Source: Archaeoglobus sp. (GTDB lineage Archaea > Halobacteriota > Archaeoglobi > Archaeoglobales > Archaeoglobaceae). Taken from it: a stretch of DNA of 64,000 nt. The stretch covers positions 14,739 to 78,738 of the forward strand of contig JACDNU010000005.1 of NCBI GenBank assembly GCA_017656505.1, written 5' to 3'. The translations under genes were made by a program, and so were the position numbers. Of this stretch, positions 30,377 through 38,365 are shown one piece after another (positions within the stretch are counted from its first letter, which is position 1; each line of letters starts with the position of its first letter). The notes beneath the pieces are model-generated. The model saw nothing but the letters and a program-made list of their open reading frames with translations, did no database searches and was not told the DNA's origin.

Positions 30377-30817
30377 TCAAAAACATAAAAATGCGGCCGC
30401 CGGGATTTGAACCCGGGTTAGAGGCTCGGGAAGCCCCTGTCCTGCCGCTAGACTACGACCGCTTGTGATGTTATTTTCTCCTTTATGAATATAATGGTTT
30501 CCCTTGAACAATTTCTCTCTTTCCAACCTCTCTATTCTCTCCTCAAGCAGTCTCAACCTCTTTTCAATATCCCCACTTGCCTTTTGTTGCACACTTGTTA
30601 TATCCAGATCCTCACTATCACTGAACACTACTCTTATCTCGTTCTCGCCCTCTTCAAATATGTATGCGTATTTCCCCATCTTGTCTTTTAACTTTACCGG
30701 TAGTCTTATTATTGCCAATTCCGCCCCCTTTCTTGGGCTTATCTTCCCAACCTTTACCCTTCCAATGTACCTTCCCATAGTGTGCACTTGTTGTTCAACA
30801 TATTTAACTATTTCCAA
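30377..30817 (-). CDS. int(N): N-terminal fragment of the partitioned SSV-type integrase; the frame runs through attL into the tRNA gene
   Basis: TTG start at 30817. Sequence reads ...IEKRLRLLEERIERLEREKLFKGNHYIHKGENN-ITSGRSLAAGQGLP, then the tRNA-encoded tail EPLTRVQIPAAAFLCF. The 14 aa encoded by the repeat are identical to those entering int(C). Confidence 0.8.
   Translation of the reverse strand: MEIVKYVEQQVHTMGRYIGRVKVGKISPRKGAELAIIRLPVKLKDKMGKYAYIFEEGENEIRVVFSDSEDLDITSVQQKASGDIEKRLRLLEERIERLEREKLFKGNHYIHKGENNITSGRSLAAGQGLPEPLTRVQIPAAAFLCF
30392..30462 (-). tRNA. tRNA-Gly (anticodon CCC)
   Basis: Hand-folded from the minus strand: GCGGUCG UA GUCU AGCGGCA GGAC A GGGGC UUCCCGA GCCUC UAAC CCGGG UUCAAAU CCCGG CGGCCGC A. 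7-bp acceptor stem with one G-U, canonical T-loop. CCA is not encoded. Confidence 0.9.
30426..30469. repeat. attL: 44-bp direct repeat (tRNA nt 1-37 plus 7 nt of 5' flank)
   Basis: tcgggaagcccctgtcctgccgctagactacgaccgcttgtgat is identical to 39896-39939. Confidence 0.95.
30482..30494 (-). promoter_or_regulatory. element-borne TATA-like box positioned upstream of the intact tRNA-Gly
   Basis: Minus strand reads ttatattcataaa. Its ttatattc core (30487-30494) is separated from tRNA position +1 by 24 nt. It lies inside int(N) coding sequence. Confidence 0.35.
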
Positions 30818-30830
30818 AATCGATTACCCT

Positions 30831-31151
30831 CTACCTGCCCCTAAAAACAAGAAAACTACTCCCAATTAAAAGAACACCAGGAATAATCCACAATATGTGT
30901 GTTGTGATAAATCCACCTACTCCACCTAACAACATTAAAGCGCTAGCAGCCTTGTTGTTCTTGTCTACAATTATGCCACCAATAATACCTAGTATTCCAA
31001 ATATTACTGTTACAATGCCAAATAAAACAAGAAATAATCCACCCGGTGCAAAGATTATTGTACCTACCGCACCAATTAACAATGTAAAAAACCCAATTAA
31101 CACTCCAACAATTCCACCAACAATCCCCAATAATTTTTCAATTCTGCCCAT
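30831..31151 (-). CDS. small 4-TM membrane protein (DUF4064-like), paralog 1
   Basis: 106 aa. GIIGGIIVDKNNKAASALMLLGG aligns with GIIGGAIANRNNKAAGVLMLISG of the 31417-31746 product. Confidence 0.75.
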   Translation of the reverse strand: MGRIEKLLGIVGGIVGVLIGFFTLLIGAVGTIIFAPGGLFLVLFGIVTVIFGILGIIGGIIVDKNNKAASALMLLGGVGGFITTHILWIIPGVLLIGSSFLVFRGR

Positions 31152-31327
31152 GTCCCCAAATATTTTTTAAAGTTTTTTACTTGTCTTCTTACTCAACTAT
31201 CAAAGCTTTCCTTAACTCATTGTTATAATTTTCTACAACCTTACTTGTTTCAATCAATGAAAGTATCTCTTTCACTCTTATCTCATTTTTAACCTCAATT
31301 TCCTTCCCTAACCTACCCTTAAATTTC

Positions 31328-31353
31328 AATACCCCTTGGATCCACAGGCATTC
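31328..31353. promoter_or_regulatory. 26-bp element-internal repeat, copy 1 (operator-like, TGGATCCA palindromic core)
   Basis: aataccccttggatccacaggcattc is identical to 34482-34507. Confidence 0.6.
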
Positions 31354-31416
31354 AAATAATATCCCTTGTTCAATCGTGTTAAGATCTTCTCTTCAATACG
31401 TCCATTTTTATAAGAT

Positions 31417-31746
31417 TTATTTCGATCTGAACGCTAAAGCTCCACCCACAATCAGGAGAATGCCCGGTATTATCCAAAAAGCTGAGACCGCTATAAATCC
31501 CAATATCCCACTGATCAACATTAGAACACCCGCAGCCTTATTGTTTCTATTCGCAATCGCTCCACCAATGATCCCAATCACGCCTAAAATTACAGCTCCA
31601 AAGCCAAGACCTGTTACAGTTTCGGCACCATGTACTCCCAATACCGCTCCAAAACCCCCAACAAACATCGCAAATATACCAATAAGAATTCCGAAGATAC
31701 CACCTATCAATCCTAAAACTAATTCTGCTGTTCTTCCCATATTCAA
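31417..31746 (-). CDS. small 4-TM membrane protein (DUF4064-like), paralog 2
   Basis: 109 aa. See paralog 1. Confidence 0.75.
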   Translation of the reverse strand: MNMGRTAELVLGLIGGIFGILIGIFAMFVGGFGAVLGVHGAETVTGLGFGAVILGVIGIIGGAIANRNNKAAGVLMLISGILGFIAVSAFWIIPGILLIVGGALAFRSK

Positions 31747-31770
31747 ACCTCCTTAAAAATAAAAATTAAA

Positions 31771-33114
31771 CTATATCCATGCCCAACCCTCTGCGAGAAC
31801 ATGGTCATCATCAACGAATCTCACTCTAACACTTGGCATCGTCTCAAAATACTCGTACTCAGACAATTCGATCGTTTTTTTCTCCCCCGGCTCTATAATT
31901 TCTCTAACATATCCAAGATACTCCCAAGAACCTCCACCATATTTTACCTCAACTTTACCAAGATATATTGGCCAGTTTCCCTTATTTGTAGCATAAAATA
32001 TCACTTTTTTGATTACAAACTCCCCAAAAGAAGTACCACCCTCAATTTTTCCACGTTCAATTTCAATTTTCGGCTCCATTTGTTTTAAATGCCCAACTTC
32101 ACCCTTCCATACTGCAATTTGCGACCCAAAGCTTGGGTTATACTTAACAAATATTTTCTGAGCATTTTTCGGTACTTCGAAACCCACAACTAAATTTCTA
32201 TATTCTTTGGGGTATAGCTTGCCACTCCCGGTACTCCAAATCTCTGCATCATATCTTCTTCCTGATTCATCGGTTAACCAAAAGTCTGAAGTACTAATGT
32301 ATTCTTTCTCCGATCCAGTGTTCTCAACTTTTACAGTTGCAACAATGAATACGCTATCCTCCTCAGCCCAACGGTTTCCAAATTCATCAGCAATTACATT
32401 TGTTTTTATAGCTTTGACAGTCACATTCAAGTTGGATGTTTTATAACTCTCCCCTAATTCTAACTCTACTACTTCTTGTTCACTCGGTTTAGGTGTTGGT
32501 GTTCGTGTACCAATTATTTCCGGTTTTATTCTTACTCCAAAATCTTCTTTAGCCTCAATTACTCTCCCATCCGGTAAGTGAACTTTCACGTAAAGTATTC
32601 CAAATTCGTCGTCAGATTCTTTTGCCTTTATATCCTCAAATGGAACTCTTATTCCTGCACTCAGAAACATATTTCCATCTTTCCAGCTCGTTATCATTGC
32701 TTTTCCTTGGTAGATTAGCCTCCCTTTAACGGGTTTGAAATTTTCATATTCTTTAGTATAGATCTCTATGTCTACAGGTAGCGATACCCCTTCAAACATA
32801 ACTGTGTCGTCTTTCTCATCTTTAAGAGTAACATAGACAACAATCCCATCATCTTCAGCATCTTCATCCCAATTTTTCGTAAATGTAGTTATGTGCCCAG
32901 ATTTTGCCGTCTTAAGCAATTTGAGTTGTTTTTCCTTTTCTGAATCAACCATTTGAGTTTTCGAATCTGTTTGAGGGGTGCTAGTTGTTTCTTTTGCGTA
33001 TTTAGGGGGCTCCTTTTCCGCACAACCAGCCAATGCAACCAATAAGAGAACCAAGACAAAAACCACAAACCCCACGCTTATTCTCACAATACCACCCCCC
33101 TTCGACAGGTGCAT
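31771..33114 (-). CDS. secreted lipoprotein-like protein with Ig-like (DUF4352-like) domain(s)
   Basis: 447 aa. Signal peptide with lipobox-like LAGC. Segment VFIVATVKVENTGSEKEYISTSDFWLTDESGRRYD resembles DUF4352. Confidence 0.7.
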   Translation of the reverse strand: MHLSKGGGIVRISVGFVVFVLVLLLVALAGCAEKEPPKYAKETTSTPQTDSKTQMVDSEKEKQLKLLKTAKSGHITTFTKNWDEDAEDDGIVVYVTLKDEKDDTVMFEGVSLPVDIEIYTKEYENFKPVKGRLIYQGKAMITSWKDGNMFLSAGIRVPFEDIKAKESDDEFGILYVKVHLPDGRVIEAKEDFGVRIKPEIIGTRTPTPKPSEQEVVELELGESYKTSNLNVTVKAIKTNVIADEFGNRWAEEDSVFIVATVKVENTGSEKEYISTSDFWLTDESGRRYDAEIWSTGSGKLYPKEYRNLVVGFEVPKNAQKIFVKYNPSFGSQIAVWKGEVGHLKQMEPKIEIERGKIEGGTSFGEFVIKKVIFYATNKGNWPIYLGKVEVKYGGGSWEYLGYVREIIEPGEKKTIELSEYEYFETMPSVRVRFVDDDHVLAEGWAWI

Positions 33115-33235
33115 TTTAGGTTAATTCTATAAAATATAAAGCTTTCTGACAAACAAAATTTATCACCATTATATTTTTCAATCAATCAATCCATTCTTTT
33201 CTAGTCAACTTTGCGCCTTTTTATTCCCCTTTTCT

Positions 33236-33751
33236 CTATTCTATTATTCTCCCATTAATCAATATTGGCAACCTCCAAGTTCCGTAATCTGTTCTCTCCC
33301 AGTAACTATCCAGAACCGCCTCGAAAGTAATCTTGTCCCCTTTAGGGTAGGACGTAAGTTTCTCCTTCTGATCAGGCAGTAATTTAACTACAACTGTACT
33401 TGATGCTGCAACGCCCGTAAACCTCACAATCATCTTGTCCCCTTTTTCTGATACCGAGTCAACCTGACCGCTCCATTTTACGCACTTCCCTTTATATTCC
33501 TTGAACTTCTCTTTCTTCTGCAATGACGTGTACTTACTATAAGGCGAGAACATCTTCCAAAAATCATAAAATTTCAAATCGATGCATTCCATGTTTTCAG
33601 TTGCCGTAGGTGTTGCAGTCTGCGTTTTATTTCCCCCACCAAACAAAATCCCCAACACAATCAAAGCAACAAAAATGTAAACAACATACCCAAACCAACG
33701 CACAATCCTCCTCTTACTCCCTATCAACGGTAATTTCTGCCTTACCCCCAT
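33236..33751 (-). CDS. N-terminally TM-anchored extracytoplasmic protein, unknown function
   Basis: 171 aa. One TM segment (VVYIFVALIVLGILFGG), then a beta-rich domain. Confidence 0.65.
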   Translation of the reverse strand: MGVRQKLPLIGSKRRIVRWFGYVVYIFVALIVLGILFGGGNKTQTATPTATENMECIDLKFYDFWKMFSPYSKYTSLQKKEKFKEYKGKCVKWSGQVDSVSEKGDKMIVRFTGVAASSTVVVKLLPDQKEKLTSYPKGDKITFEAVLDSYWERTDYGTWRLPILINGRIIE

Positions 33752-33772
33752 GACGTATATCTGATTTTTCTG

Positions 33773-33780
33773 TTATATAG
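33773..33780. promoter_or_regulatory. TATA box (ttatatag) in the 61-bp divergent spacer of the element
   Basis: About 25 nt from ATG 33751 (minus-strand gene, leaderless-compatible) and 33 nt from ATG 33813 (plus-strand gene). Confidence 0.4.
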
Positions 33781-33812
33781 TTTTTACCCAACATATTAGT
33801 ATCTAATGTTCA

Positions 33813-34040
33813 ATGTCAATTGTAAGCAAAACAAAACTCGCAATTCTAAAAGAACTATCAAAACAACCACTTCATGGTTATGCTCTTTCTAAAAAGCTCA
33901 ATGTTACCATTTCCTCCGTCTATGCCCACCTTTCTGAACTTGAGGAGTATGGTTTCGTTACCCACCAAACGTCAGATAGGCGCAAACTCTACTCCCTCAC
34001 AACTAAAGGTAAAAAATTGCTTCAATTATTATCAAAATAA
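33813..34040 (+). CDS. small winged-helix regulator (PadR/ArsR-like); only plus-strand gene of the element
   Basis: 75 aa. LAILKELSKQPLHGYALSKKLNVTISSVYAHLSELEEYGFV. Confidence 0.75.
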   Translation: MSIVSKTKLAILKELSKQPLHGYALSKKLNVTISSVYAHLSELEEYGFVTHQTSDRRKLYSLTTKGKKLLQLLSK

Positions 34041-34086
34041 TTTCCCATCCCACTATCCCTTGCTCCTCTCAATTTTATTCACAATG

Positions 34087-34473
34087 CTATTCAACCGGTA
34101 TCCGATTCTCTGGGGATATATCCCACCACTTACTGGGACTTTCGATCTCATAAACTGCTCTTGGGTATAGAGCAACACATACGTACCCGTGGACTGGGCA
34201 GTCATTGCGTATAACAGGTGGGTGAGGGCATATACATTTACCCTCTCTCCTCACAAAAGCGTAGCCAATAAACACTTGGAAAGGCATATCCGGATGGGGA
34301 CCATGAACCTCCCATACCGCTTCCGTATCCATAACTAACCCCCGTTTTTTCAGTCTTCTTTTAATCTTCCTAACTATTTCAACATCGTAATCCAAATCAA
34401 GAAACCCCATCTCAACCACCCCCATCAACTTCTTTATTTTGTGATTTTTTATTTTTTCCATACTCTCTTTCAT
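34087..34473 (-). CDS. hypothetical Cys/His-containing protein of the element
   Basis: 128 aa. GKCICPHPPVIRNDCPVHGYVC. Its ATG lies 9 nt downstream of 26-bp repeat copy 2. Confidence 0.6.
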   Translation of the reverse strand: MKESMEKIKNHKIKKLMGVVEMGFLDLDYDVEIVRKIKRRLKKRGLVMDTEAVWEVHGPHPDMPFQVFIGYAFVRREGKCICPHPPVIRNDCPVHGYVCVALYPRAVYEIESPSKWWDISPENRIPVE

Positions 34474-34481
34474 CCATAATT

Positions 34482-34507
34482 AATACCCCTTGGATCCACA
34501 GGCATTC
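34482..34507. promoter_or_regulatory. 26-bp element-internal repeat, copy 2
   Basis: Identical to 31328-31353. Confidence 0.6.
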
Positions 34508-34518
34508 GATACTTGCAT

Positions 34519-34776
34519 TTACCACACCTGTCCATTCATTCTGAATCTCTTCCCGAAACTTTCAACAACCCACCAGTCAATATTCCCATTCCAGCTTTCC
34601 CCGCCTTGCCTCAATAACAGCATCGCATCAGCAATAAACATCGCATCCCAATCCCTATTCTCTTCCACTGCCTTCTTGAATTCATTATACAACCCGTCCA
34701 GCCTACCCTCTTTTTTCTTTATCGCCTTCTCCATTCTCTCTTTCCCGCCTTGAACTAACTCTTTTATTTTCACCAT
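34519..34776 (-). CDS. hypothetical protein of the element
   Basis: 85 aa. Its start overlaps the TerL-like stop by 7 nt. Confidence 0.55.
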   Translation of the reverse strand: MVKIKELVQGGKERMEKAIKKKEGRLDGLYNEFKKAVEENRDWDAMFIADAMLLLRQGGESWNGNIDWWVVESFGKRFRMNGQVW

Positions 34777-36248
34777 AAAGCCCCAGCCCCAACAAGCTCA
34801 TCTAAATTCATAAAATCAGCAACCGAGCACCTACCACTATTGAAGCCATACAGACTCAGAGCCAGAGCGTCAACAATGTCGCTCTCAAAATTTCTCAGCT
34901 TTATTACATCTTTCCCGCCATCTGCCCTATATTTCACCTTGAAAGCGTTAAATTGTTGCCTTAGCCGTTCATCTCTCAATAGAAATAGTCCACCCTCCTC
35001 GATCTGATATTTCAAATTGTCATACAAATTAAATCTCTCTTTTCTCTTGCCAAAATTAAATCCAACCACGCTAATACCCTTATCCTCTAATCTTTCTTTT
35101 AGTACGTCATGCACCCCACTACCAAGCCCGGTCTCGTCTATCACTACTTTACTCGCCTTGAATTTCTTAACCAAGTTCTCCAGCCAGCCAAGCTGCCAAC
35201 TTAATCCTTTTTTTGAAACAGTTCGGTAATCTATCATGTAATAGCTCCCTTCTAATCGACCCAAAACCACCACCGCAGTCTTTGAACTTCCATGCCTCGC
35301 AATATCGCAGCCCAGCACTATCTCGTCAAAGTAATTCAAACTCTTGTTATCATAGCTCTTCTTTTCTACCACCATCTTCTCTCTTACCCTTGCCATATCA
35401 AAAAAGTCATCTTCTGAAATATCTCTCCATTGGCAATTATACCAAATGTCAAATTCGTCCTCACTTAATTGCTTTCTCACAAAATCAACTTCATCCTTGC
35501 TCATTATTCCCTCTTTCACAGCATCTCGCCAAGTTATCCGGTATTTTTCAAAATCGCCACTGTTCCAAGCATCCCAAAGGTAGGAATCTTTAATGTGCGG
35601 CGTTCCAATCGTAAATAACAAGTTTTTACCTTCTTTTTTCGTCATCAGCATTCTTAAAATTCTCTGTTTGATTACATCTCTTGGTGTCGAACCCGCCTCG
35701 TCAACAATAACCACATCCGCACCGTATCCCAAAAGTCCCTCAGGGTTGGTTGCACTCAAACATAAAATCTTACTCCCGTTCTTAAGCTCTATCCGCCCAT
35801 TATGCCTCTGGATTCTTCTAACCGCTCTCCATAATTTCTTGTTTCTCCATAAGTAGCCATCAATCCTCTCAAAAATCCCCTCAATCGCCTGTCTGTATAT
35901 TGGTGCAATTATCACAATCTGCGTTGCTGGTCTCAATAAAGCAAGCAATAGCCCTAACACACTAACAAGTTCAGTCTTGCCCCCCCTTGTGCAACTTATA
36001 ATACAATATTTTCCACTTCCACTCCCCAAGCCAAAAGCATCCCTCAAAACTGTTTCTGAAATCTGTCGCTGGTATTTCGTCAATTCTAATGGCTGTCCGT
36101 CTGGTCGTATCAGATTGGCAGATATCCACGAATTCAAAATCCTCTCAATCCGAGCCTCACTAAGTCGAATCGCTTTCATTTTCTCAATCAATATTTCTCT
36201 TTTATTCAATCTCTTCAAATAAATCGGGTATGCCATCGTCATCCTCAT
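34770..36248 (-). CDS. terminase large subunit-like ATPase/nuclease
   Basis: 492 aa. Walker A CTRGGKT, Walker B VVIVDEAG, TIGTP coupling-like motif. RNaseH-like nuclease acidic motifs LGCDIARHGSSKTAVVV, VVIDETGLG, SDIVDALALS. True start may be an internal Met. Confidence 0.75.
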   Translation of the reverse strand: MRMTMAYPIYLKRLNKREILIEKMKAIRLSEARIERILNSWISANLIRPDGQPLELTKYQRQISETVLRDAFGLGSGSGKYCIISCTRGGKTELVSVLGLLLALLRPATQIVIIAPIYRQAIEGIFERIDGYLWRNKKLWRAVRRIQRHNGRIELKNGSKILCLSATNPEGLLGYGADVVIVDEAGSTPRDVIKQRILRMLMTKKEGKNLLFTIGTPHIKDSYLWDAWNSGDFEKYRITWRDAVKEGIMSKDEVDFVRKQLSEDEFDIWYNCQWRDISEDDFFDMARVREKMVVEKKSYDNKSLNYFDEIVLGCDIARHGSSKTAVVVLGRLEGSYYMIDYRTVSKKGLSWQLGWLENLVKKFKASKVVIDETGLGSGVHDVLKERLEDKGISVVGFNFGKRKERFNLYDNLKYQIEEGGLFLLRDERLRQQFNAFKVKYRADGGKDVIKLRNFESDIVDALALSLYGFNSGRCSVADFMNLDELVGAGALW

Positions 36249-36384
36249 TATTTTTCAAATCTACTCTCAACTCGCTCAATATTCGATTGTAAGTCTCAAT
36301 TGCTCTTATGTCCCCATTCTCAACATGCTCCTCTAAAGCCTCCAGCAATTTTCTTCTCTCCTTTACTATTTCATCAATATTCAA
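36202..36384 (-). CDS. small acidic helical protein
   Basis: 60 aa. 4-nt start/stop overlap with the upstream RHH gene. Sits where phages place a small terminase subunit, but there is no sequence support for that role. Confidence 0.45.
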   Translation of the reverse strand: MNIDEIVKERRKLLEALEEHVENGDIRAIETYNRILSELRVDLKNNEDDDGIPDLFEEIE

Positions 36385-36716
36385 TTTTGAGCCTCCTCGC
36401 TCAGCAGTTTTTTTATTAGCACCTGAATCATCTTAGATCGTGATATGCCGATTTCTCCACATAGATCTCCGAAACGCTCCCAAACATCTCGCTCCACAAA
36501 GAATGTAGTCTTTCTCCAATTACCCCCTTTAGCAAAAACTTCGCCGTCCTCGCCACACATCTCCAAAAAACTCGATATCGTAGCCCGGATTACCTCGCTC
36601 TTCTCAAGTTTATTCGAAATTGCAAACCGATCAAGCTCATCAGCAAGTTCTGGATCGATCGACATACTCACAAGTTTCGCATCTTTCAGCTTTTTCAGTC
36701 TGCCCATTTGTATCAC
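36381..36716 (-). CDS. tandem ribbon-helix-helix (CopG-like) DNA-binding protein
   Basis: 111 aa. Two RHH-like units (KLVSMSIDPELADELDRFAI...VIRATISSFL and KTTFFVERDVWERFGDLCG...MIQVLIKKLL). Confidence 0.65.
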   Translation of the reverse strand: MIQMGRLKKLKDAKLVSMSIDPELADELDRFAISNKLEKSEVIRATISSFLEMCGEDGEVFAKGGNWRKTTFFVERDVWERFGDLCGEIGISRSKMIQVLIKKLLSEEAQN

Positions 36717-38257
36717 CCCACCCTCACCAAATTAAACTCATCTCGCACTTTCTTTTTCTTGCCTGCCGAACCATTAGCATCCCCTACTAAAACCGCAATC
36801 TCACGCCTCAATCGCTCCTTTTTTGCTTCTGCGCGTTGAATTCGATCAACCTCGCCAATCGTCATCTCTCCCTGTAAGGCCTTTTGTAACACTTCTTTAA
36901 TCGTCATATCCTTCTTCGCTTCCAACGCTCGCAACTCTTTCTCCAATCTTCTTATTTTGCCGATATTATCCAACGTTTTAATAATCTCACTCATATCTGC
37001 TCCTTTTAACGCAGCTTTAGCCAAATCTCTGCTCTTACCGTATTTCTGTGCTAATCTAACCTCCTTTCGAACGCCTTGAGCCATCTTTTCAAGTCTTTTG
37101 CCCACTTTATCCAATCGACTTATCTCATCTTGGTATAACGAAACCGTTTCAATCAACTGTTTGACGGCGTCCGCCAGCATGGCCACTTTTGAAAGCAGCT
37201 CATCAACTTTCTCATTTAAAAAACTCTCATTCAAATTCTCACCCCCCATAACTTTTCCAACAAGGCCAAAACGGCCACTTTCATCTAAAACAAACATCTT
37301 CCAACCCATCTTCTTACTGAACTCGCTTACTATACTCCCAACATTTCTTCCAATATTCTTGCCAATGACCTTAACTAAGTCTAAAACTTTCCTGCAACCC
37401 TTCAATATCGATTTAAAGCCTGATTTCACCCGTGATTGACCACCACCCTGATCTTGGAATTCCAAATCATCATCAATACACAACTCAAAAGCCTCAACCT
37501 CAATTAGCGCATCTATTAATGCAAATATATCGTTCTGATTGCCTTTTTCCTGCTTTGCTCGCCTCAATGCAAAGAGTATGTTTCTTATCGGATACCCAAG
37601 CAACTTATTAAGCAAAAGCCCAATCTTCAAAATAGCTCGTTCAAGATATTCACGCCAATTCTTTCTCGTAACTTTCTTATGACCGAGTGATAGGTAATTA
37701 ATGTCTGCCTCTTCCAGCAATTCCTTAGCGCCCTTGGTTCTTCTTAAATCCACACTATGGTGCAATATCTTTATCCCATCTTTCCCATATTTAGAAACTG
37801 CCTTTTCAAACCTTGGAATCACTCGTTTCTCTACAACTGTACGGTCAATCTGTCCGCTGCCCCAGTTACGGGATTCTATGTAAATTGGTGTTCCGTTATA
37901 TTCGCACCTTACATCAACTCCATTCCCAATCTCCAGCCCAACATGCTCAATATTGTCCAAACCCAAATACTGGCAAGCTTGCTCATCCAAAAGTTCCTGA
38001 TGCAACCCATCTTTGATATCGTGAGCGCTTACTTTAACCCCCAATTTTTTTGCGTAATTTCGAACAGTATTAGGATCAACAACAACCCCAAAGAGCTTAT
38101 CTAGCTCTCTAGCCGCCCCAGTATAGCCAAATTTATTAATTAGTTCTCTAATTAGTTTTTTTAATTCATTTTTTGGAAGGGGAATGTCATCTAACTTACT
38201 CGGTCTGCCCCGCCCTTCTTTTTTCCTCTTTCTATTATTCGATATTGTATCGACCAT
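36713..38257 (-). CDS. multi-domain protein: AT-hook, HTH, possible PD-(D/E)xK-like core, long C-terminal coiled coil
   Basis: ATG at 38257 (the track TTG at 38299 is an extension). KKEGRGRPSKL AT-hook, GYTGAARELDKLFG..NTVRNYAKKLG HTH, GVDVRCEYNGTPIYIESRNW. About 200 aa of heptad-rich sequence. Confidence 0.65.
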   Translation of the reverse strand: MVDTISNNRKRKKEGRGRPSKLDDIPLPKNELKKLIRELINKFGYTGAARELDKLFGVVVDPNTVRNYAKKLGVKVSAHDIKDGLHQELLDEQACQYLGLDNIEHVGLEIGNGVDVRCEYNGTPIYIESRNWGSGQIDRTVVEKRVIPRFEKAVSKYGKDGIKILHHSVDLRRTKGAKELLEEADINYLSLGHKKVTRKNWREYLERAILKIGLLLNKLLGYPIRNILFALRRAKQEKGNQNDIFALIDALIEVEAFELCIDDDLEFQDQGGGQSRVKSGFKSILKGCRKVLDLVKVIGKNIGRNVGSIVSEFSKKMGWKMFVLDESGRFGLVGKVMGGENLNESFLNEKVDELLSKVAMLADAVKQLIETVSLYQDEISRLDKVGKRLEKMAQGVRKEVRLAQKYGKSRDLAKAALKGADMSEIIKTLDNIGKIRRLEKELRALEAKKDMTIKEVLQKALQGEMTIGEVDRIQRAEAKKERLRREIAVLVGDANGSAGKKKKVRDEFNLVRVG

Positions 38258-38365
38258 AATATCAACTCCACTAACCAGTGCAACGGTAGTCAGCCCCAAA
38301 ATAGCCTCCTGCGGGGCCCACTCCTCCTAAACGTTCACTCTATTCTACATCAACTTTTATATTTC

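Noticed and set aside
30377-30425. C-terminal tail (EPLTRVQIPAAAFLCF) of the 146-aa ORF
   Set aside because: This part is the antisense-free read-through of the tRNA-Gly 3' half created by integration. It is not genuine coding sequence; the real integrase continues at attR.
31189-31329. Possible 46-aa minus-strand ORF (TTG start) immediately downstream of 26-bp repeat copy 1
   Set aside because: It has only a TTG start and no recognisable motif, and I cannot assess its conservation. It is noted as a possibility but not supported well enough to list as a feature.
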